Shown here piece by piece: positions 8,409 to 17,646 of a stretch of 43,985 nucleotides of DNA. Positions within the stretch are counted from its first letter, which is position 1; the number at the start of each line of letters is the position of its first letter. A model generated the notes under the pieces. The model searched no databases and was not told the DNA's origin. It saw only the letters and a list, made by a program, of their open reading frames with translations. Source of the DNA: a virus (taxonomy: Duplodnaviria; Caudoviricetes); the IMG/VR virus record IMGVR_UViG_3300010052_000006, positions 1 to 43,985 of that record. One strand, given 5' to 3'. A program made the position numbers and the translations under genes.

Positions 8409-8531
8409 TTACACAGGCAGCCACGACAGCGGGAAATGGCCGTCGCGGTAGAGGAGGATCACGAGAGCGGCCGCGCACAGGCAGGCCGCACCGGCAAGGC
8501 AGAGACCGGCTATGAAGGCGCCGTCGCTCAT
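8409..8531 (-). CDS. 40-aa single-TM peptide (absent from ORF track)
   Basis: MSDGAFIAGLCLAGAACLCAAALVILLYRDGHFPLSWLPV; ATGA overlap with the upstream gene. Confidence 0.6.
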   Translation of the reverse strand: MSDGAFIAGLCLAGAACLCAAALVILLYRDGHFPLSWLPV

Positions 8532-8758
8532 TTGATGACGCCGAGCCACTGAGCGAGCGGCTTGAGATTGCCGACGACGAAGCCGATCACCACAGCCAGG
8601 CTGATCAGCATCCAGCGGGCACCCTTGGCCTGGAGCAAGACTTCATGCACTTCGGCAAGCTGCTTCGCCATGGTGTCGATCTGCTCAGCCATGTGGTCGC
8701 GGGAGGTTTCGAGGATCGCGATGCGCTCACGGAGCTTGCCAGGATCGTCGGTCATCAC
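8528..8758 (-). CDS. Holin-like membrane protein (coiled coil plus C-terminal TM, XhlA-like architecture)
   Basis: 76 aa; heptad region then WMLISLAVVIGFVVG; heads the lysis cassette. Confidence 0.6.
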   Translation of the reverse strand: MMTDDPGKLRERIAILETSRDHMAEQIDTMAKQLAEVHEVLLQAKGARWMLISLAVVIGFVVGNLKPLAQWLGVIK

Positions 8759-9261
8759 GCAAGCTCCGCCGGCCAGATAGTTTTCAATTCATCCACGGTC
8801 TGCGCCTTGGAGAGGTCGAGTGACTGCGGAATGTCGCGCAGCCTCTGGCGCTGCACCTCGATCTGAGCGACTTCCGACGCTTTCCCCTGCCCTGTGGCCC
8901 TCATCCAATCCCGATCGAGCGCTTCGAGCTTCGGCGCGCGGGCCTCGCGAATGCGGTCCATGTGGATGGCGCGGGCGCGTGGCATGTCGTGCACAACCTT
9001 GCGCGATCCGTCATCCTTCCAGGCGTTGCGGAAAGTGCGATCCTGCGGAAGCGTGGCGGGATCGGTGATCCACCAGTAAAGCGCCGGAATGCCAGCCTTG
9101 GCGATTTCCGCCTCGATATTGGCTGGCGTCGGCTCGCGAATGAAGCCGGGGTCTTCCGGGTTGCGCTTGAGCAGCGTAACGAACTGCATGATTGCAAGGG
9201 AACCATCAGGTCTGGAGATGGCTACGAAGACCACTTCGGGTTTACCTTTATGGTCACTCAT
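8755..9261 (-). CDS. Tail fibre assembly/chaperone-like protein
   Basis: Follows the fibre gene; DRTFRNAW..IREARAP.L..LD..RQRLRDIP..ELK.IWP pattern. Confidence 0.7.
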   Translation of the reverse strand: MSDHKGKPEVVFVAISRPDGSLAIMQFVTLLKRNPEDPGFIREPTPANIEAEIAKAGIPALYWWITDPATLPQDRTFRNAWKDDGSRKVVHDMPRARAIHMDRIREARAPKLEALDRDWMRATGQGKASEVAQIEVQRQRLRDIPQSLDLSKAQTVDELKTIWPAELA

Positions 9262-10521
9262 TTATTGACCTCCAAGTCCACTTACACTCCATGCGTTTGG
9301 ATCTTCAAGACCAGCAGAGGTGTTAGAACAGCGCGCATTGATAGCTCCAGCAGACACAGTGTCGTACTGGAAGATGCGATTGTTGGTTGTGTGATTGCCA
9401 GAGACGAAGGGCGCCCAATTGGCAGACGAAAAGTCGGTTGCAATGGTAACTGTAAGATACCCTACGCCAGCATCGGTAATCGAGGTGACATTGTACGACG
9501 TCTGAAGTGTCGGAGTGCCTCCAGAGACAGTTGCATAGGCCCAGAACTTCGGATGGCCGGGGTGGCGGTGCTGGAACAGGGGCACAACCGGATTGTTCTC
9601 GCTCGTCGCCGTCTCCATGGCCGACGCGGAGGCGCGACGGCCGGAGCCGACAGCAACTCGCCACCGGCTCGAAGCGCCATCATATGTCAGATATGCAATG
9701 CCGCCCGCATGGAGCAGCGCCCAGCTCTGGTTTTCAGTGGCAAAACGGTTGGCAGCGGTCGAAGATACGCTTTCGTCGGCGAGGAAGATCGAAAACGAGC
9801 CGATGTTGTGGATTTCAAGCTTGCGGCCCGCAGCGCCGCCTGCAAGGCCGGTGATGGAATAACCGGCCGCATTCGTCCCGATGCGGATCACATAGGCCGT
9901 TGCATGTCCTGTCGGTGCGTAGTCATTCTGGCTGGCTATGATCTGCGCAGGGGAGATGGCGGCTGTGAGGGCGAAGGCGCCGGAAATGGTGCCCGGTGCC
10001 GGATTGAGCAGGATCACATCGGTCCCGTTATAGACACAGTCGCAGACATGGCCCGAGCCCGCTATGTCGCCAGCCACCAGCGCCGCGCCGGTCAGCTTCT
10101 TGATCGTCTTGGCGAGCAAGCCGTCAACGGCAATTGTCGGCGCCGCAACCGTGTTGGCGCCGGCCGCCGTGAAGCGGAAGCGCATATTCGCGGTATAGGC
10201 GGTGAAGGCCGGCGAGAACGTCGCGGTGATGGCGTCAACTGTGCCGGCGACGATGGTGGCGTGCGAGACGATCTGATCCTGCACCTGGCTGAGCTTGGCG
10301 CTGTCGCTGGCCAATGTGCCCGCGCCAAGGCCGGTCAGCTTGTTGCCGCCCATGGGCTGATTGGCCTGAAACGGCGCGGTGCCTTGCGCGTTGACGCTGT
10401 CGGTGAGCGCCTGCCCGGCATCGGTCACGAAGGCGTTGTATTTGGCGCTTTCAATGACCGTGTTGGGCGTGGCCGTCGTGCCGGGCGGCGCGGCATACAC
10501 ACCACTTCCGTTGCGGGGCAT
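9262..10521 (-). CDS. Tail fibre / receptor-binding protein
   Basis: MPRNGSGVY N-terminal anchor, Ala/Thr/Gly-rich beta modules, compositionally distinct 3' end. Confidence 0.8.
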   Translation of the reverse strand: MPRNGSGVYAAPPGTTATPNTVIESAKYNAFVTDAGQALTDSVNAQGTAPFQANQPMGGNKLTGLGAGTLASDSAKLSQVQDQIVSHATIVAGTVDAITATFSPAFTAYTANMRFRFTAAGANTVAAPTIAVDGLLAKTIKKLTGAALVAGDIAGSGHVCDCVYNGTDVILLNPAPGTISGAFALTAAISPAQIIASQNDYAPTGHATAYVIRIGTNAAGYSITGLAGGAAGRKLEIHNIGSFSIFLADESVSSTAANRFATENQSWALLHAGGIAYLTYDGASSRWRVAVGSGRRASASAMETATSENNPVVPLFQHRHPGHPKFWAYATVSGGTPTLQTSYNVTSITDAGVGYLTVTIATDFSSANWAPFVSGNHTTNNRIFQYDTVSAGAINARCSNTSAGLEDPNAWSVSGLGGQ

Positions 10522-10551
10522 ATTGATTCCTACTCTATGAAAGGATGGGGC

Positions 10552-10581
10552 CTTGGAAACTTGACGTTGCGCGGCTATATT
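10552..10581 (+). promoter_or_regulatory. Sigma70-type promoter for the moron, probably leaderless
   Basis: CTTGGA-N17-CTATAT, close to the rhizobial CTTGAC-N17-CTATAT consensus; ATG 8 nt downstream. Confidence 0.6.
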
Positions 10582-10588
10582 TCAGGCC

Positions 10589-11077
10589 ATGCGAACAGCT
10601 CTGGCCCTTGTGGCGTTTTTGCTCGGCGCGGCTTCCGCTGCCGCCCAGTGCACGCTTGAGAATGCGACCTACCGAACCGCTGACCCAAGGTCCGACTACG
10701 AGCTGACTTTCGCCGCAGGCGATCTAGGCGGTAACACGCTGATGGAAACCAAGCTGGTCTCAAAGGCGTGGAAGGTGGAATGGGTTGGCGATGTGCAGTG
10801 GACCAACGGATTTTCTCGGCCGTATATCAGCCTCTCCTTGACGCCCGATGCCGAAGAACCTCTATACTCGGACGAGATTGTTGCGCTCGGCATCGACAGC
10901 AAGAAGCGCATCGACAAAATCGCCTTTCCCGCTACCTCTGACCCGGCCCCTAAGGCCATCCTCCTCAATCAGGTGAGCCGAGTAATATATTACTGGGGTC
11001 GAGATACCCGAGATTTTGACACCACAAAGCCCTACATCCCGAGCGATATGTTCTGGCTGAGCGGGTGTGAGAAGTAG
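10589..11077 (+). CDS. Exported moron protein of unknown function
   Basis: Sec signal peptide ending AAA-Q, one Cys near each end of the mature protein, antisense to the late operon. Confidence 0.8.
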   Translation: MRTALALVAFLLGAASAAAQCTLENATYRTADPRSDYELTFAAGDLGGNTLMETKLVSKAWKVEWVGDVQWTNGFSRPYISLSLTPDAEEPLYSDEIVALGIDSKKRIDKIAFPATSDPAPKAILLNQVSRVIYYWGRDTRDFDTTKPYIPSDMFWLSGCEK

Positions 11078-11120
11078 TCATGCTGCCAAGACGCCTCAAG
11101 GCCATCAAGTGGGTGTTCGG

Positions 11121-11372
11121 ATGAGCCGAACGACCTACGTTACAATCTGCCTGATACTGTTCACTATTGCGATGACCGGCTGGTGGTTTCTCACCAGATG
11201 GCTAGTCTATGACGTTGGCCTGTGGACCGTGATACCCATCGGGGTAGGTGCCTTCTTCATCGGCTGGCTCTATGACCGGCACGACCAGAAGAACGGGCGC
11301 CTTGGCCCACCAAGCGGGCGTTTTGACCGCTGGTACAGAAAACATCTTCTCCCTACCGAAGACCGCGATTGA
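11121..11372 (+). CDS. Small two-TM moron protein
   Basis: Two hydrophobic stretches followed by a charged tail. Confidence 0.7.
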   Translation: MSRTTYVTICLILFTIAMTGWWFLTRWLVYDVGLWTVIPIGVGAFFIGWLYDRHDQKNGRLGPPSGRFDRWYRKHLLPTEDRD

Positions 11373-12903
11373 CGCGCTCACCCGCCCTGCCCGATTGGCT
11401 GAGCAGAAGTTGTTCCGCGATTTGTTGGCTGATGCGTGACGTCTTAGTCGGTTTCGGTCGCTCACCGGCCTTGACCAGCGCATTAGCAATCTTGGCGTTG
11501 TTAACGCCCATTTTCGTTGCGCCGATGCGCGCGGCCGTGGTGCCCAAGGCGAACGGTATGCCGATGGGTGGAGCCGCCGAAGTCAGGGCAAAGTTGAACA
11601 TGGTCGAAAGGCCGCCCTTGGGTGATGCCGCCCCGGCAAGGCGCAACAAATTCTGTCCCAGCGATCCGTTGACGACCTTCAGAACCGCATCCTGCTCAGC
11701 CTTCGGCCAGTACTGAAAATCATCCGACTTCGCGATCTCTTTGAACCGCGTTCGCAGAGAATGTTCGTAGCCGGCCTGAGTGAAGCGCGTAGCATTGTCA
11801 AGCTGCGCATTGCGAACGGCTTTGTCGATCGTCTTGGCGCGCGAGGCCCTCGCCCAATTTTCGCGTCCTTGATTGATGCCTTCAAGCCCCTCATCGACGT
11901 TCCCGGCAATATAATCGTCTGCCGTTGACTCATCTATGGCGCGCTTCAGCTTGCCGCCGATCATGGGCGCTGCAGGCTCATCGGTATTGAACGCAACCCG
12001 CTTCATCCGCTCCACATCCATGAAGTCAGGGGCAGCGCCTTTGGACTTCTCCATCAGGTTCACCATGCCTGATGTTGTTGGGTTCGCCCTTTTAGTGATC
12101 TGTCCAAGCTTACCGCCGATGCCATAATCCTGAGCCGCTGTCGCAATATCATCGACAACGCGGTTCCAGGTTTCGGGGCTGAAGACGAGGCCGGCGTTCT
12201 TGGCCCGCTCATAGCCCTCTCTGGCAATCTCCTTGATCTCTTGTGTGGTTGGTACGCGACCGGCTTTCTGTGTAAAGGCATTAACCAGGCCGCCGACCAT
12301 CTTGCCGATGACGGGGACACCAAAACCGAAAGCTGCACCAAAGCCTGCCGAACCCGGCATGGCTTCCATGCGGTTCTGAAGGCCGCCCTCGCCCCTTGTG
12401 AAGCCCTCGCCAGCGCCGAGGACACCACCGACTCCGGTCGCCTTTCCAATCTTGATGGCCGCATTGGCACCCTGATACGCCTTTGCCGGAATCATCGCAG
12501 CACCACCAGCAAGCCCGCCGGCTACCGTGTTGATTACCGTAGCCGCCGGGCTGCGCTGCGCTGCCTGGGCCTGACGCTCGCGCTCATAGGCAAGTTCCTG
12601 GTCATAGTCGCCCCAGAGGCCCCCGCCGGAACGGACCAGCGCGTTGCCCTCATCAACCAGCCCGCCAAGAACAGGAATGCCGACCGCAAGCTGCGTGGTG
12701 CCGTCCGCAATATTCTTCATGAAGTTGCCGACCGGCCCGCGCTGCGCGTCTTCCGCCGAAAGTCGCTGTTGGGCCAGCGCGCGATTGCGCGCCTCCTGAA
12801 GCTGGCCCGTGGACATGCCGGCGAAAAGGTTGTCGCCCTTGCCTGCCATGCGCGCCTTAAGAGCCAGCAACTCTTCGGTGCTGAGATTGGAAAGGTCAGC
12901 CAT
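11353..12903 (-). CDS. DNA ejection/transfer protein (third, P22 gp16 position)
   Basis: Gly/Ala-rich hydrophobic segments, helical; position before the fibre gene. Confidence 0.7.
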   Translation of the reverse strand: MADLSNLSTEELLALKARMAGKGDNLFAGMSTGQLQEARNRALAQQRLSAEDAQRGPVGNFMKNIADGTTQLAVGIPVLGGLVDEGNALVRSGGGLWGDYDQELAYERERQAQAAQRSPAATVINTVAGGLAGGAAMIPAKAYQGANAAIKIGKATGVGGVLGAGEGFTRGEGGLQNRMEAMPGSAGFGAAFGFGVPVIGKMVGGLVNAFTQKAGRVPTTQEIKEIAREGYERAKNAGLVFSPETWNRVVDDIATAAQDYGIGGKLGQITKRANPTTSGMVNLMEKSKGAAPDFMDVERMKRVAFNTDEPAAPMIGGKLKRAIDESTADDYIAGNVDEGLEGINQGRENWARASRAKTIDKAVRNAQLDNATRFTQAGYEHSLRTRFKEIAKSDDFQYWPKAEQDAVLKVVNGSLGQNLLRLAGAASPKGGLSTMFNFALTSAAPPIGIPFALGTTAARIGATKMGVNNAKIANALVKAGERPKPTKTSRISQQIAEQLLLSQSGRAGERVNRGLR

Positions 12904-14825
12904 TATTGGACGCCCCTGCGGCGCAGTTCTTGCTCGATCTCATCAAGCGTCGGTTCGGCATTTCCGCCCTGCTGTTCTTGCTCAAACTGGAGCGGCCGGC
13001 GCTGCGGTCCCTGTCCCGGCCCATGGATCGTGTCCTGGTAGGCGTTCCACAGGCGGTTGAGGTTGTCCGTCAACTCTTCCTGGCCCTGCGATTGATCGAG
13101 GCTGCCGGCGACCGCCTGCAAGAAGGCCAATTCACGCTCCGTCACCTGGCCAAGCGCGCCACCGGTCGGCGACTGCTGGCGCATCTTGTTCAGCTCCTCG
13201 AAGCCGATATTGGCCTTGATGGTTTCCAGGCGATTGGCGAGAGACTTTGCGTCAGTGCCGGGGATGCCTGAAAACATGGCTCCCCATCCAGTATCCGGGA
13301 GGATGCCGCCCTGCATCACACCAAGCGCGCGGTCTATCTCTTGAGTGACGATGCCGCCGCGCTGCTGCTCGCCAGCGACGCGATTCTGCTCGGCCCTGGC
13401 CTTTTCCTCGGCCTCTGCCGCCGCGGGGCCGCCCGGAATCTGGCTCATGGTCCACGCCTTGGTATTCGGATCTTGGAGAGCCTGATAACCCTGCGGAATC
13501 GACCCGATATTCGGCTGTCCCGGCATATTAACCGTCACGCCACCTTCCGAGAGGATTGACGGCTTGCCGTCTTCACCAATGACCAGCGGCACATCAGGCC
13601 CCACGCCATAGGCCGCCTTTTCTTGCGGCGTGGCGGGCCGGAATTGAGATTGTGGCTCCGGCGCATCGAAGAACAATTCCGGCCGCGAGTTCTGATCGTT
13701 GCGGTTATAGCGGTACATGTCGCCGCCGCTCTCGAAGGTCTGGAAATCGGGCTGCGACTGCTGCATTTGCCGATCGAGCAGCGTCCTGGCGATCATCTGC
13801 TGGCCCGGAGTGAGCCATGGATTGCCCATGATCTGCATCAGGCGCGGGTCGATGCCGTTGCCGGCCTGGGCGAGCTGCATGGGCGCGCCGGCAGGCTGCG
13901 CGGAGGGAACGCCGCCAGCCGGCAGCGCCATCTGTCCGCCGGTCAGCGCGCCGGCATTCGGAACGCCGCGCTGGACCGGGAGGAAGGTCGGGTCGGCGGA
14001 GGCGATCTGCTGCGGCGTGCCGCCGGGAGCGAGGCCGAGGTTTTTCTGATACGCTTGGCCGAACTGATTGCCACCGATCCCCTGCTCGATGCCGCCCGGC
14101 AATGAGGTCCACACGCCGGAAAGCGCCTTGCCGACGCCGCCATAATCGCCCTTGGCCAGCGCCTGCTCCAAATCGCCGCCGGTCTTGGCGCGGTAGGTAT
14201 CGCTGGCGAGTGCCCATGCCGCCGCATCCTGCGAGCCGGGCGAAAAGTCGGGAAGGCCGAGCTTGTTCTTGTACTGGTCCCAGGTGCTGCCGAGAAATTG
14301 ATAGCGCCCGGCGGCGGATGAGCTCTTGCCGCGGTTCGGGCCGGATTTGATCGGCATGGACTGGCGCGGATGGTCTTTGAAATCGCTGAACCTGCCGCCG
14401 CCATAGACGACATCATAGCGGCCCGCCGATTCCGGCCCGGCAATGGTGTCGAGCAGGGCTTTCTTGAGATTGCCCATGCCCGGCTTGTCGCTGGAATAAT
14501 CCTTGACCTCGACGGGCGGACCAAGCTTGTCGGGCGTGCTTTCCGGCCCATCCTGAGTATAGGCGACGGGCTCGACGGCTGGCGGGGCGGAGAACAACGT
14601 GCTGAATTCTTCCGTAGCCTTGCGCCGGGCCTCGTCCTCCTGGCCTTGCAGGCGGTTCATCGCCATGCGCCCGCCCAGCGCAGCGCCAATGGCGGCAAGG
14701 CCCTCGCCGACGTTCTGCGGGGCGCTTGTCACACCACGCTCAAGCAGGGCCTGCGCAATGGCGCGGCGGCGGTTGAGTTCTTCCGGGCCGCTGATGCCGG
14801 TGTTTCCGCCGAAGATGAAGCCCAT
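12903..14825 (-). CDS. DNA ejection protein with lambda-R-like lysozyme/lytic transglycosylase domain
   Basis: LLDTIAGPES..YDVVYGG..DHP..SSAAGRYQFL..TW..DFSPGSQD..WTSLPG. Confidence 0.85.
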   Translation of the reverse strand: MGFIFGGNTGISGPEELNRRRAIAQALLERGVTSAPQNVGEGLAAIGAALGGRMAMNRLQGQEDEARRKATEEFSTLFSAPPAVEPVAYTQDGPESTPDKLGPPVEVKDYSSDKPGMGNLKKALLDTIAGPESAGRYDVVYGGGRFSDFKDHPRQSMPIKSGPNRGKSSSAAGRYQFLGSTWDQYKNKLGLPDFSPGSQDAAAWALASDTYRAKTGGDLEQALAKGDYGGVGKALSGVWTSLPGGIEQGIGGNQFGQAYQKNLGLAPGGTPQQIASADPTFLPVQRGVPNAGALTGGQMALPAGGVPSAQPAGAPMQLAQAGNGIDPRLMQIMGNPWLTPGQQMIARTLLDRQMQQSQPDFQTFESGGDMYRYNRNDQNSRPELFFDAPEPQSQFRPATPQEKAAYGVGPDVPLVIGEDGKPSILSEGGVTVNMPGQPNIGSIPQGYQALQDPNTKAWTMSQIPGGPAAAEAEEKARAEQNRVAGEQQRGGIVTQEIDRALGVMQGGILPDTGWGAMFSGIPGTDAKSLANRLETIKANIGFEELNKMRQQSPTGGALGQVTERELAFLQAVAGSLDQSQGQEELTDNLNRLWNAYQDTIHGPGQGPQRRPLQFEQEQQGGNAEPTLDEIEQELRRRGVQ

Positions 14826-14826
14826 C

Positions 14827-15633
14827 TCAGAAGCCCCCTATGAGGCCGGCGCCCAGGCCGAACAAGCCGCCGATCATATTCTGCTGCTGCGCCTGCTGCT
14901 GATTATAGAGGCCGAGCTGCGCATTGTAATTCGAGTTCACCAGCCCGGCATAATCCGTGTTAGCCACGCGCTCCTGCGGCGTGCCAACGAAATTCGGCTG
15001 CTGCACGGCTGAGCCGGACAGAAGTGCTGAAATCTCGTTCAGCGGCTGATTGCGCTCGGTCAGCAATTCATTGAGCGCCTGCGACCGGCCGGTGAGCGCC
15101 AGATTGTTCCAGGCGTCGTTTTCCTTGAAAGACTGGCCCTCCATGGCGCGGTCGAAAGCGGTCGAGCCGCGCTTGATGCCCTGATTGGCGAGACGGGTTT
15201 CGAGAGAGTCGCGCGAGCGGTCGAGCTCCGGGCGGAGGCGCTTCGATCCAAGTTCGAACAGGCGCGATTCCGCCGCCTCGTTGTTGAGGTCGATCGGCCG
15301 GTCGAGCAGACCCTGAAGCCTGCCGGACTGCGAATTGGCAAGCGAGGCCAGATTGAACGCCGCCGCATCGTTCTGTCCTTTGATGCGCTGTTGCGCCTCG
15401 GATAGCTGCGTCGTCGCCGTAGACAACGGAATCTTGTGAGCCTTGCCCGTCAGGGGATCGACATAATCATAATTGCCGGTCTGCGAATAGGTCAGCGTCC
15501 CGTCGGGCGTGACCTGATTGATCATGTTCAGCTTACCCTCGGCAATGGCTGTGCCGATATTAACGCCAGTTTGGGCCGCCGCCGTCTTGGCGGGATCGGG
15601 AGGCTTTGGGGCGCTGCCGCCTTTTTTACCCAT
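14827..15633 (-). CDS. DNA ejection/pilot protein (first, P22 gp7 position)
   Basis: MGKKGG.APKPPDP start, Gln/Asn-rich, Gly-rich hydrophobic C-terminus. Confidence 0.7.
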   Translation of the reverse strand: MGKKGGSAPKPPDPAKTAAAQTGVNIGTAIAEGKLNMINQVTPDGTLTYSQTGNYDYVDPLTGKAHKIPLSTATTQLSEAQQRIKGQNDAAAFNLASLANSQSGRLQGLLDRPIDLNNEAAESRLFELGSKRLRPELDRSRDSLETRLANQGIKRGSTAFDRAMEGQSFKENDAWNNLALTGRSQALNELLTERNQPLNEISALLSGSAVQQPNFVGTPQERVANTDYAGLVNSNYNAQLGLYNQQQAQQQNMIGGLFGLGAGLIGGF

Positions 15634-16066
15634 GATTGTGATCCTTATGAAATCCGTTGCCCCGCCACGCATCGTCGGTCAGCGAGCAGAGAATTGCCGC
15701 CTCGTCGCGCCCGTACCATCGGGGCACTCTGACTTGCGTGAAGCCGTAAGCCTTCGTGATGCGCAGGAGCGGCTTGTTGCGCTCCGAAACCTGCGAATAG
15801 AGCAACTGACACTTGATCTGATCGAACGGATAAGAGAACAGCCCGTAGAGAACCGGCCTCGTCATCCACCTTTTGCCGATGCCGGCGGCGCTCATCTCGA
15901 TTGTGCCGGCGTCGGGATCGTAATTGTGATAGACAAAGCCGCCCACGGCCTTGTCACCATCCATCACGCCTATGGCCGTGCAGTTTTCGCCGAAGCGCGC
16001 CCTGTTTCCGATCAGGCTGGCGACCCATTGCGCCACGGTCTGATTGTGGCCGTAAACCAGTTGCAT
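15626..16066 (-). CDS. GNAT-fold protein (position of P22 gp14 / T7 gp13)
   Basis: GFVYHNY..IEMS..FSYPF..VSERN..YGF resembles RimJ/L-type GNATs. Confidence 0.75.
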   Translation of the reverse strand: MQLVYGHNQTVAQWVASLIGNRARFGENCTAIGVMDGDKAVGGFVYHNYDPDAGTIEMSAAGIGKRWMTRPVLYGLFSYPFDQIKCQLLYSQVSERNKPLLRITKAYGFTQVRVPRWYGRDEAAILCSLTDDAWRGNGFHKDHNHG

Positions 16067-17643
16067 CAGACGCCGACCCCTCCATCCTCATAGAGAAGAT
16101 CGACCGACACCAATTCCGCGCTCGGGGTGGACGTGTGCGAATTGGTGATCTGAACATTCGGCGCCACGGCGAAGCCCTGGCCCGCCACGGATACCCAGCC
16201 GGTCGTGATCAGCTCGGCTTGTCCGCTGTCCCACAGCGCCACGTCCCACAGGCCTACATCCCATTCATCGAGGCTCGGATGCGCCGCGGCGGCGGGATAG
16301 GCCGGAAGCGTCGTCCTGTAGTCGAACGAGCAGGAAATCTTCGCGTTGAACGGCTTGGTGTAGATCCATGACGAGCGCGCCATGGTGGCGGTCTTCTGCG
16401 CCGCCGGGCGCTTCAGGTTGTCGAATAGCCCGACGAAGGTTGACAGATATTGCGCGCCGTCGTCCTGGCCCGAGGCTTCCGCGATGAACACGCGCCCGCC
16501 CGGGGTGCCAAAATAGGCGATAGAGCCAACCTCCGCCTGGCAGGCGATGTTCCAGCCGGTATATTTCGCCCAGGCGCCGGTCAAAAGATTGACGACCCAG
16601 GCCTCATTGGCGAGGCCGGTGATAGCGGGCAGGCCCACAATCATCATGTCCTGCTTGATCCATTTCAGGCAGGACCATGACGCCGAGCTTTCGCGCCGAT
16701 GCGCCTCGATGCGCCAGAAAACCTCGATAGGCCGCGATATGGCGGCAATCGACAGGGCGCCGGGGTCTTTGTTCAGCGCCGCGCTGAGTGGCACAAGCCC
16801 GTCCTGTGTCGCGATGACGAGATCGCCGCCGGCCCGGAATTTCGCGTTCGGGCCCAGCGGCCGCCCGATGTCATAGCGGCCGACCATAGCCCATTTGGTC
16901 GCATCCGCCGGATCGGTGCCTTGGAACAGCACGACCTCGCCGGCCGTCGAGACGAATACGCAGATGTCGTTCTGCCCGTCGCCGGCATCGACCGACCACG
17001 TGTCGCCGAACATCAGCGCGCCGCCCTTCTGGAACACGCCGGAAAGGCTGATCTGCGTTGCAGCGCCGCCGATGGCATCGACAGCCAGACACCAGGCCTG
17101 CATGGTGTTCTTCTGGATGAAGAACAGCCGGTTCTTGAACACCCAGACATGCGAGAGCGACGAAGATGCAACGCCGGTTATTGCCGGCAGCGTGGTCCAG
17201 GTCGTGCCGTTGTAAAGCTGGCGAAGATCGGTGCCATTGACCGCCACCAGATATTCGCCGGAGACATTGGTGAACATGACCGACGAATAGACGCCGGAAG
17301 TCTGCAACGTGACATCGGCGGCGGGCTGTATGCTCGGGCTGGCCGGCGTCGTGACGTTGTAGATCGCCGTATTGTCGGTGCCGAACAGGCGCTCATTGCC
17401 GCCCGAGCGCCATACCATCAGGCTTTTGACGCCGTTGGTGATCGTGGCATGCCGCCGCGAGCCGCCCCGGATGCGCAAGCCGCGCGTGGTCGGAAAGAAA
17501 TTCTCCAGGACCGTCGCAGCGTTCGGGCCATGCTTGGCAAGGTTTTCCGAATCGACCCAGCCGCGAATGGGCGCCAGGAAGGTCGCGGTCTTGCTCGTCA
17601 TCTGCACTGACTGCTTGACCTGAGGGCGGCGGAAGCTGGGCAT
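16066..17643 (-). CDS. Tail nozzle / packaged-DNA stabilisation protein
   Basis: 525-aa beta-rich ORF following the adaptor. Confidence 0.75.
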   Translation of the reverse strand: MPSFRRPQVKQSVQMTSKTATFLAPIRGWVDSENLAKHGPNAATVLENFFPTTRGLRIRGGSRRHATITNGVKSLMVWRSGGNERLFGTDNTAIYNVTTPASPSIQPAADVTLQTSGVYSSVMFTNVSGEYLVAVNGTDLRQLYNGTTWTTLPAITGVASSSLSHVWVFKNRLFFIQKNTMQAWCLAVDAIGGAATQISLSGVFQKGGALMFGDTWSVDAGDGQNDICVFVSTAGEVVLFQGTDPADATKWAMVGRYDIGRPLGPNAKFRAGGDLVIATQDGLVPLSAALNKDPGALSIAAISRPIEVFWRIEAHRRESSASWSCLKWIKQDMMIVGLPAITGLANEAWVVNLLTGAWAKYTGWNIACQAEVGSIAYFGTPGGRVFIAEASGQDDGAQYLSTFVGLFDNLKRPAAQKTATMARSSWIYTKPFNAKISCSFDYRTTLPAYPAAAAHPSLDEWDVGLWDVALWDSGQAELITTGWVSVAGQGFAVAPNVQITNSHTSTPSAELVSVDLLYEDGGVGV

Positions 17644-17646
17644 GGA

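Noticed and set aside
8962-10659. 565-aa + strand ORF and similar long antisense ORFs (514-1548, 16699-17610, 21247-22134, 34171-35307)
   Set aside because: Shadow frames of well-supported genes in high-GC DNA, with no recognisable motifs
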